Shown: positions 19,554 through 26,850 of the stretch, piece after piece
Position numbering within the stretch: position 1 is the stretch's first letter
Layout of the letters: the number at the start of each line of letters is the position of its first letter
DNA from: Bacillota bacterium
GTDB taxonomy: Bacteria > Bacillota > Ch66 > Ch109
DNA length: 64,000 nt
NCBI GenBank assembly: GCA_050952625.1
Contig: JBMNLH010000001.1
Coordinates: 1,024,001 to 1,088,000, forward strand
Direction of reading: 5' to 3'
Program-made: the position numbers and the translations under genes
The notes under the pieces: generated by a model
Told to the model about the DNA's origin: nothing
Seen by the model: the letters and a program-made list of their open reading frames with translations, nothing else
The model's database searches: none

Positions 19554-20051
19554 ATGGTAGAAGAGTGGAAAAAGATGATGGCCAGAAACCTTGACCGAGA
19601 ATTAGAGGCGCGAGGTTTTAGTAACAGTGAACGTGCCCGTTCGGCCTATCACCATTATCGGAACCTGATCTTTGGCTGGATTAAGAGTATGGCCGAAGAA
19701 ATCCAAAACAGCTCTCGAAACCCTAGATCAGTGTTGATCGTTGAGGATGAAGACACTCTTACGGTTAATATCGGGACCGAAATGATTCGCGTGAAAGCCC
19801 GACCCTACCCTCTCTGTTCTCGAGGATGGGGAAAAATCACTGTAAAATCCACCAATAAGCTTCTTTTTAATGAGATGTATCTTTGGAGCAAAGGGGATAA
19901 TTTTATTTGGGTTTATGGTGATGCCCAGCCAAATGATATTGAAAAAGGCGAAAGTGACCGGCTCCAACCAGGAATTGAAGTTACTCGAGAAACAGTTGAG
20001 GTTTTATTTCAGTCTGCTTTTAAGAAGTACCTTGGCAACCAATTAAATTAA
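19554..20051 (+). CDS. Hypothetical protein
   Basis: 165-aa ORF with RBS and upstream TATAAT; no motif recognised. Confidence 0.7.
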   Translation: MVEEWKKMMARNLDRELEARGFSNSERARSAYHHYRNLIFGWIKSMAEEIQNSSRNPRSVLIVEDEDTLTVNIGTEMIRVKARPYPLCSRGWGKITVKSTNKLLFNEMYLWSKGDNFIWVYGDAQPNDIEKGESDRLQPGIEVTRETVEVLFQSAFKKYLGNQLN

Positions 20052-20099
20052 ACTAATGATTTATTTTCAGTATTGTTATTTGTCGCCCTTTCGACTTAA

Positions 20100-20128
20100 T
20101 TGACACTAGATAGCATTTGCGGTAAAAT
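20100..20128 (+). promoter_or_regulatory. sigma-A promoter of lysA
   Basis: TTGACA-N17-TAAAAT. Confidence 0.8.
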
Positions 20129-20151
20129 AATCCCAAAAATTTAATTAGCTA

Positions 20152-20203
20152 AGTATTTCTGCAGGTAGCAGACGGCTTCGAGGAAATACTCGAGGCTTTT
20201 TTA
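20152..20203 (+). promoter_or_regulatory. Leader terminator/antiterminator upstream of lysA
   Basis: Terminator GGCTTCGAG-GAAATA-CTCGAGGCT-TTTTT lies downstream of the promoter; competing AGTATTTC/GAAATACT pairing. Confidence 0.5.
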
Positions 20204-20266
20204 TGTTTTTGAATGATCTAAATTTGCAGTCAGCTTTTGGTTAGCACGGAGGAGAGGGGTTTTACG

Positions 20267-21604
20267 GTGAAATTACACGGAACAATGCGAATTAATGAAC
20301 TGGGGCACTTAGAAATCGGCGGGTATGATACAGTCGAACTAGCTCGCAATTTTGGGACTCCTTTGTATGTTATGGATGAAGCGGAAATCCGTCGGGTTTG
20401 CCGGGAATACCGGGCCGCTTTTACAGATGGGTTTGGCGGTGAGGTGATTTATGCCAGTAAGGCCTTCATGAATCTGGCAATGTGTCGGGTGATTGAGGAA
20501 GAAGGCTTGAGTTTAGATGTAGTCTCCGGGGGTGAGCTGTACACCGCCATCAAGGCTCGGTTCCCAGCCTCGCGTATCTATTTTCACGGCAACAACAAGC
20601 AGCCGCAAGAACTGCGGATGGCCCTGGAATATCGGGTTGGGCGGATAGTAGTTGATAATTTTCAAGAAATGACTTTCTTGAATGATTTAGCTGGGCAGAT
20701 GGGAGTGTGCGCTCAGGTCCTGCTTAGATTAACCCCAGGCGTCGAAGCGCATACGCATGAATATATCCGGACTGGTCAGATTGATTCCAAGTTTGGCTTT
20801 ACGGTGCCGAATGGTCAGGCCTTGGAAGCAGTTAAATTATGTCTTACCCTTCCTCACCTTGAATTCAAGGGGATTCATTGCCATATCGGTTCCCAGGTAT
20901 TTGACATGAGTTCTTTTAATCATGCCGCTAAAGTAATGATGGAGGTAATTAAAGATATTCGGGAGCAGGCGGGAATAGCTGTTGAGGAACTAAATCTAGG
21001 CGGAGGTTTTGGCATTTACTATGTTGAAGGCGACCAGCCGGCCACTATTGCTGAATATGCTCAAGCGGTTACCGGCGCGGTTAAAGAAACGGCAGCGAAG
21101 TACCAACTCAATGTCCCTAAAATTATGATTGAACCAGGCCGGTCGATTGTTGGCGAAGCCGGCACTACTCTGTATACAGTAGGATCAATCAAGGAGATTC
21201 CGGGAATTCGGAAGTATGTCGCAGTTGATGGTGGAATGGCGGATAACCCTCGACCGGCTCTTTACCAGGCTCGTTATGAGGCGGTAGTCGCCAACCGCGC
21301 CGCCGAACCAGCCGCAGAGACTGTTTCCATTACCGGTAAGTGTTGTGAGTCGGGCGATATGCTGATTTGGGATATTAATCTGCCTCAGGTTAAATCGGGT
21401 GACATTTTAGCTGTTTTTTGTACCGGGGCTTATAACTACACCATGTCAATGAATTATAACCGTCTTGGCCGTCCAGCGGTGGTCTTGGTCAATGACGGGC
21501 GAGCCGATGTGATCGTGGAGCGGGAAAGTTATGAGGACTTGTTGCGGAACGATCGCCTGCCGGAGCGACTAAGAGTGGGAAATAAAATTAAGCTGGTACT
21601 GTAA
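20267..21604 (+). CDS. lysA: Diaminopimelate decarboxylase
   Basis: YASKAF, HCHIGSQ, NLGGG, EPGRS, CCESGD and GAY motifs; GTG start at 20267. Confidence 0.96.
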   Translation: MKLHGTMRINELGHLEIGGYDTVELARNFGTPLYVMDEAEIRRVCREYRAAFTDGFGGEVIYASKAFMNLAMCRVIEEEGLSLDVVSGGELYTAIKARFPASRIYFHGNNKQPQELRMALEYRVGRIVVDNFQEMTFLNDLAGQMGVCAQVLLRLTPGVEAHTHEYIRTGQIDSKFGFTVPNGQALEAVKLCLTLPHLEFKGIHCHIGSQVFDMSSFNHAAKVMMEVIKDIREQAGIAVEELNLGGGFGIYYVEGDQPATIAEYAQAVTGAVKETAAKYQLNVPKIMIEPGRSIVGEAGTTLYTVGSIKEIPGIRKYVAVDGGMADNPRPALYQARYEAVVANRAAEPAAETVSITGKCCESGDMLIWDINLPQVKSGDILAVFCTGAYNYTMSMNYNRLGRPAVVLVNDGRADVIVERESYEDLLRNDRLPERLRVGNKIKLVL

Positions 21605-21674
21605 AATTTGGTTTTGCAGTGATTTTTTAGTTGCCTTTTATTCAATAGAATTATTATAAGATAAAAAATGCTTA

Positions 21675-21706
21675 GAGGCCGTTAAACGTTAAAACGGTCT
21701 CTTTTT
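21675..21706 (+). terminator. Terminator after lysA
   Basis: AGAGGCCGTT...AACGGTCTCT followed by TTTT. Confidence 0.7.
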
Positions 21707-22044
21707 ATTATATAATTTATTTAATAATTATATTTTAGTGCTTTTTATGTTTTTACTTTCAGGCAGAACCTTGCCTTAATCACGTCTTTCAAATGCTCAT
21801 GAGTTTCCAAAGTATGGGGAACCAACTATTGTTCCCCTTTTTTGACATCAAAAAGGTGTTAGTTCCCACTTGAGTTATGGAGAGATCAAGAAAAACTACT
21901 ATTACAAAGCATATTATTATGAGAAGCACAACTATAATTTAATGTTATATATAATATAAAGGATTGTTCGCAAGCAAACTCGAATATTATTTAATGTTCT
22001 GTAATGGTCCAATACACTAATTTTCGGGAGGGAGTAGTATACCA

Positions 22045-23184
22045 GTGACAAGTAGCCCAATAGAAGATTTTTTAAGTTTAAGGGAAGTAAATATTTTAAA
22101 AATCAAAGAAATGAAAGATAAAGGGATTAAGGTGGTCGGTAGTTACTGCACCTACTGTCCGACGGAACTAATTCTAGCTGCCGGAGCGATTCCAGTAAGT
22201 CTGTGCGGAACAAAGGATGACCCGATTAGTGCCGCAGAACGGACCCTTCCTCGGAATTTATGTCCGCTGATCAAATCCTCATATGGTTTTGCAGTTACCG
22301 ATACTTGTCCGTTTTTTTATTTTTCAGATTTGATTGTCGGGGAAACGACCTGTGATGGGAAAAAGAAAATGTTTGAACAGATGCAACAGTTGAAGCCGGT
22401 CCATGTGATGGAACTGCCGACAATAAAGAAGAGTGAGGCGTCTTTTCAATTGTGGGTAGAAGAAATCAGGAGATTGCGGGTCTGGTTAGAAGAGAACTTG
22501 TCGGTTAAAATCACGGATGAGGCGATCTGGCAAGCCATTGAGATTGTTAATCAGGAGCGATCATTAATCAAAGCAATCAGTGATTTAAACCAAATTGATC
22601 CGCCGCCCTTAAGTGGACTAAGTTTGCTAACTGTTTCCTGGTCGAGATCTTTTAATAGTGATAAAGCAGAAACAATCCGGATGCTTCGGGATTTGAAGGA
22701 AAGACTAGCTGTCCATCAACCTGACCAGGTTTCCGTTAAACAACGGATTTTGCTGACTGGCTGCCCGGTCGGCCTGGGTACCGAAAAGGTAATTCGCCTG
22801 ACCGAGGAACTAGGAGGTGCCGTCGTCGCCTTGGAGAATTGTTCCGGGTACAAAACTTTAGAATTACAAACTAATACTGAATATTCAGACCCAATTGTCG
22901 CCTTGGCCGATAAGTATCTCCAAATACCCTGTTCCTGCATGAGTCCCAATCCCTATCGGTTGGAGCTGCTAGAACGGATGATTCATGATTTTCGAATAGA
23001 TGCGGTTATTGACCTTACCTGGCAAGCTTGCCATACTTATAACATTGAAGCATATCAGGTAGAACAGCTAGTACAGCAGAAAGGGTTGCCGTACCTGCAT
23101 CTGGAGAGCGACTACTCTTCGGCGGATTTAGAAAGTCTAAAGGTTCGAATTGAGGCCTTGCTGGAGATGGCGGGGAATAGTTAA
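22045..23184 (+). CDS. YjiM-like 2-hydroxyacyl-CoA dehydratase-family / double-cubane Fe-S cluster reductase
   Basis: YCTYCP, LPRNLCPLIKSSYG, GETTCDGKKKM, GCP, ENC, IPCSCMSPN and ACHTY (11 Cys). Confidence 0.88.
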   Translation: MTSSPIEDFLSLREVNILKIKEMKDKGIKVVGSYCTYCPTELILAAGAIPVSLCGTKDDPISAAERTLPRNLCPLIKSSYGFAVTDTCPFFYFSDLIVGETTCDGKKKMFEQMQQLKPVHVMELPTIKKSEASFQLWVEEIRRLRVWLEENLSVKITDEAIWQAIEIVNQERSLIKAISDLNQIDPPPLSGLSLLTVSWSRSFNSDKAETIRMLRDLKERLAVHQPDQVSVKQRILLTGCPVGLGTEKVIRLTEELGGAVVALENCSGYKTLELQTNTEYSDPIVALADKYLQIPCSCMSPNPYRLELLERMIHDFRIDAVIDLTWQACHTYNIEAYQVEQLVQQKGLPYLHLESDYSSADLESLKVRIEALLEMAGNS

Positions 23185-23201
23185 TTGCTCATATTTTTTA
23201 G

Positions 23202-23279
23202 GCCGCGATGGCGAAAAGAATCGGGGTAGAAGGCCTAGTTACCTTTACCGGTGGAGTAGCCCGGAATGAGGGAATGTAA
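23202..23279 (+). pseudogene. Relic of an ATP-dependent dehydratase activase (HgdC/YjiL family)
   Basis: Translates as AAMAKRIGVEGLVTFTGGVARNEGM*; FTGGVA.N is the activase C-terminal motif; the rest of the gene is absent. Confidence 0.75.
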
Positions 23280-23309
23280 AGCCGCCCTTATTAATTTTGG
23301 GCGGCTTAA
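23278..23309. terminator. Hairpin between convergent genes
   Basis: AAGCCGCCC...GGGCGGCTT inverted repeat. Confidence 0.6.
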
Positions 23310-23315
23310 TTACGT

Positions 23316-23519
23316 TTATTTCACAAAAACTACATTGATTGCTTTGATTAAGGCAGTCACTTGGTCACCCTCGACAAAGCCGACTTCTTCTAAAGACTCT
23401 CGCGTCATCACGGACGCGATTTCGGTATCACCTATTCACATAGTGACTTGGGCCATGACACCGTCTGCTTTTATTTTTCAAACACTACCGCGCAGTTGAT
23501 TTCGAACCCCTGCCTCCAT
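23316..23519 (-). pseudogene. TOBE/Mop molybdate-binding (molbindin-like) gene with two in-frame TGA codons
   Basis: MEAGVRNQLRGSV*KIKADGVMAQVTM*IGDTEIASVMTRESLEEVGFVEGDQVTALIKAINVVFVK; RNQL.G.V and VTALIKA motifs; AAGGAG RBS intact. Confidence 0.82.
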
Positions 23520-23568
23520 TGCTTTTTAAATCACTCCTTGCTATAAAGTTTAATCGTTTCTATTTTAC

Positions 23569-23610
23569 CCTAATACTCTTTTCTATATACCTAATACTCT
23601 TCTCTATATA
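23569..23610. repeat. 21-nt tandem duplication
   Basis: CCTAATACTCTTTTCTATATA followed by CCTAATACTCTTCTCTATATA (1 mismatch). Confidence 0.85.
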
Positions 23611-23852
23611 AATAAAGTATATTACAGAGACGTTCTTGCCCTAGATGATGCTAAAATAGAGCATTTTATTACCTGTTTTCTCCATAGGCCTTTTCCGACC
23701 AGAGCATAAAATTACTTAATAAGCGATGCTTTTGCTATAACTATAATTTATATATTATATAACAATAATTATGCTATAATACCTGTGGCGTACCGGTGGC
23801 CATAGGTCGATTGTTGCTAGCTATTGTAGAATTAAGGAGGGGAAACTTTGTA

Positions 23853-24986
23853 ATGAAAAGAATTACTCTGCTATTTAGTCTAGTCCTCATGCTTTGTCTC
23901 GTATTAGTCGGTTGTGGACAAACTAATGAAACTACTGGGCCATCGACTACCCAGCAAAACCTTCCGACAATTAATCTTGGTTACATTTTTACGAACCACC
24001 AAACCCCTCTCTTGGTTAGTGCCGTTAAAGGTGAAGCATTTAAGGATATGGGAGTCTACCTTAAGCCGGTCGTTGCCAAAGAAAAATATGAATTGATTTC
24101 TGACGGTAAAACACTGGCCAACATAAACCTGGTGGTAACCAAAAGCGGCTCCGAAGTCACCACTTTATTGGCGCAAAAACACATCGATATTGCTCTGGGA
24201 TCTGTCACCGCTTTCATGCATGGAGTAGACCAGCAGACGCCCATGAAAGTACTGAGCCCTATCCAGACTGAAGGGATGGGACTGGTAGTGCCCCAAGACA
24301 GCAATATCCAAGATTGGGATACTTTTGTGGCTTATCTTAAGGCAACCAAGCAGCCAGTTAAAATTGGTTATCATTCGCCGACCAGTGGGCCTAAAATTGT
24401 TTTTGAAGGGGCCCTGAAAAAGGCAGACATAAGTGTTACCCAGGACCCAAACAACATGCAAGCCGAAGTCTTGCTGGTTGATTTAAAATCTACCTCTAAC
24501 CTAAACCCAGCTCTAACCAGCAAGCAAGTGGATGGTTGGGTAGGGCCTTCCCCTTACCCGGAAGTGGCCGTTACTGAGGGAATTGGCAAGATCGCCTTTG
24601 AATTAAGGGACCTGCCTCCTGAAGGTTATTGGCATGATTTTCCTTGCTGCGTAGTGGGAGCGCGCCAGGAGATTATTGATAATAATCCTGAGGTAACCCA
24701 AGCCATTGTAGAATTAACCCATAAGGCCAGTGATTGGTGTAATGCTAACAAGGAAGAAGCAGCGACCATCACTGCTGAATGGATTGGCATAGCGGTAGAA
24801 GCGGCCAAAGTTTCAAATATTGTTTACACGACCAATCCTACTGCCAAATGGAGAGAAGGAGCCGCAACTTATATCGATATTTTAAATGATATGGATAAAT
24901 TCAATGGTAGTTTTAAAGGAAAGAAATACAGTGAAATCGAGACCTCACTAATGGATTTCAGCTTTATTGAAAAAGCAAGCCAATAA
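23853..24986 (+). CDS. ABC transporter substrate-binding lipoprotein (NitT/TauT-type)
   Basis: Lipobox LVGC; IGYHSPTS and WHDFPCCV motifs; ATG at 23853 follows AAGGAGG. Confidence 0.85.
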   Translation: MKRITLLFSLVLMLCLVLVGCGQTNETTGPSTTQQNLPTINLGYIFTNHQTPLLVSAVKGEAFKDMGVYLKPVVAKEKYELISDGKTLANINLVVTKSGSEVTTLLAQKHIDIALGSVTAFMHGVDQQTPMKVLSPIQTEGMGLVVPQDSNIQDWDTFVAYLKATKQPVKIGYHSPTSGPKIVFEGALKKADISVTQDPNNMQAEVLLVDLKSTSNLNPALTSKQVDGWVGPSPYPEVAVTEGIGKIAFELRDLPPEGYWHDFPCCVVGARQEIIDNNPEVTQAIVELTHKASDWCNANKEEAATITAEWIGIAVEAAKVSNIVYTTNPTAKWREGAATYIDILNDMDKFNGSFKGKKYSEIETSLMDFSFIEKASQ

Positions 24987-25052
24987 CCAAAATGAGGTTC
25001 CTATTCGCTCTAGCTAACGGGAACCTCTCTTATTTTTATTGGGTGTGAAAAA

Positions 25053-25895
25053 ATGAACCGTAATCGTAATTATAAAAGTTTTTGGGTATCACTGATTGTT
25101 CCAATATCATTTGTTTTTCTGTGGATTTTTATGGCAGCAAAAATTAATAATGCAGTTATTCTTCCCACGGCCAACCAGGTCTTTCAACTGGTATTGCACC
25201 CTTTGGATAATTTAATTAGTATGGGTTCGCTGCTGAATAACATTTTGGTAAGCATAATTAGGGTGTTGGTCGGATATTTATTAGCCGTCTGCCTAGCTAT
25301 ACCGCTGGGTATTCTGATGGGTTATTATGGCCTGATGTTCAAGCTGTTTAACACCTTCTTAGGTCTGTTCAGGCCAATCCCTCCATTGGCCTGGGTGCCT
25401 TTAGTGCTCGCCTGGTTTGGCATCAGTAGTTTTGCCACCCTTCTGGGGGTGGAGCAAGGGGAATTATATATCTATCTCAACAATTTAAAAATCTCCATGG
25501 TTTTTATCATCTTCATTGGGGCTTTTTATCCAGTGCTAACCAGTTCGATTTACGGTGTGAAGACCGTCAGAAAGACTTTGATTGATTCGGCCCGGGTCCT
25601 AGGGGCTAGCGAGTCTGATATATTCCTAAAAATATTAATTCCCTCAGCCGCCCCTTCCATTGTCAATGGTATGCGGATCGGGTTAGGTGTGGCTTGGATG
25701 TGCCTGGTGTCCGCCGAAATGTTGCCCGGAAGTTTGTCCGGGATTGGTTACCTGATTACCCATGCCTATACCGTCGCTCGAACCGATATTGTTATCGCCG
25801 GGATGATTAGTATTGGAGTGGTAGGAGCACTGCTTGATTGGTTATTCCGATTGTTGGAAGACAGAAAATTTAAGTGGCAGCGTTTAGCCAGATAG
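25053..25895 (+). CDS. ABC transporter permease (NitT/TauT family)
   Basis: RPIPPLAWVPL; EAA-like DSARVLGAS; WMCLVSAEM. Confidence 0.9.
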   Translation: MNRNRNYKSFWVSLIVPISFVFLWIFMAAKINNAVILPTANQVFQLVLHPLDNLISMGSLLNNILVSIIRVLVGYLLAVCLAIPLGILMGYYGLMFKLFNTFLGLFRPIPPLAWVPLVLAWFGISSFATLLGVEQGELYIYLNNLKISMVFIIFIGAFYPVLTSSIYGVKTVRKTLIDSARVLGASESDIFLKILIPSAAPSIVNGMRIGLGVAWMCLVSAEMLPGSLSGIGYLITHAYTVARTDIVIAGMISIGVVGALLDWLFRLLEDRKFKWQRLAR

Positions 25896-25910
25896 ATAAG
25901 TGAGGCGGGT

Positions 25911-26663
25911 ATGGACGGAATTATTCAAGTTCAACATTTGAGTAAGATCTACACCATGGAACAGGGAAAAAAGGTACATGCCCTGGAGGATATAAACCTG
26001 GATATTTATCCTAACGATTTTATCTGTATTGTCGGACCTTCTGGCTGTGGGAAATCAACCCTGCTAAAAATCTTAGCCGGGCTTGAGGCCCCGAGTTCCG
26101 GATCAGCTTGTTTTCAGGGAGTGCCGATAATCAAACCCAGCCGAGATATTGGCCTGGTTTTTCAGGAGTATTCACTCCTGCCATGGCGAACCGTGATTGA
26201 TAACATCTCGCTCGGCTTAGAATTTGATAAACAGCCCAAACAAGAACGTCTCGCCGTGGCCGAGCAATTTCTGCAATTGGTTGGCCTTCAAGATTTTGCT
26301 GGGGCGTATCCCTATGAGTTATCCGGCGGCATGCAACAGCGGGTAGCCATTGCCCGGGCCTTAGCCAATAATCCTCAGGTTCTATTAATGGATGAACCAT
26401 TTGGCGCGCTAGACGCGCATACGAGAATCCTATTACAAAAAGAACTGCTGCGGATTTGGGAAATAAACCGCAAAACCATAGTCTTTGTAACTCACAGTGT
26501 AGATGAAGCCATTTACTTGGCTGACTCTATTGTGGTTATGTCACCTCATCTGGGTAGAATTAAAGAGGTGATCAAAGTTAATATTCCTAGACCTCGTGAT
26601 CGAGCTAATCCAAAATATGGACAAATGGCTTCGGAAATCCTCACAATGCTGGATGTGGAATAA
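25911..26663 (+). CDS. ABC transporter ATP-binding protein (NitT/TauT family)
   Basis: GPSGCGKST, LSGGMQQR, DEPFGALD and VTH motifs. Confidence 0.93.
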   Translation: MDGIIQVQHLSKIYTMEQGKKVHALEDINLDIYPNDFICIVGPSGCGKSTLLKILAGLEAPSSGSACFQGVPIIKPSRDIGLVFQEYSLLPWRTVIDNISLGLEFDKQPKQERLAVAEQFLQLVGLQDFAGAYPYELSGGMQQRVAIARALANNPQVLLMDEPFGALDAHTRILLQKELLRIWEINRKTIVFVTHSVDEAIYLADSIVVMSPHLGRIKEVIKVNIPRPRDRANPKYGQMASEILTMLDVE

Positions 26664-26687
26664 GCACCGTAAGATCTGTCTTAAGTA

Positions 26688-26706
26688 GGCCCCTAGGGGC
26701 CTTTTC
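26688..26706 (+). terminator. Terminator after the ABC operon
   Basis: AGGCCCCTAGGGGCCT followed by TTT. Confidence 0.65.
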
Positions 26707-26850
26707 ATTATAAGCTCTCAATTTTTATGATCAGTTCGGTTTTACCGTAGAGTTGACTGGCTCATTAGGGTATTTCCTTTTTTTCTAATAATAGTTATGT
26801 TATAATACAGGAATGGCGAGATAGGACAGAATTGGTTGCGGGGGAACAGC

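Noticed and set aside
21790-21890. c-di-AMP or SAM-I riboswitch-like fragments (GGGGAACCAA, AAGGTGTTAGTTCC)
   Set aside because: Only isolated words match and the required helices could not be built; an Rfam scan would settle it
23266-23499. 77-aa + strand ORF in the track
   Set aside because: Antisense shadow of the TOBE pseudogene; it also runs through the terminator hairpin
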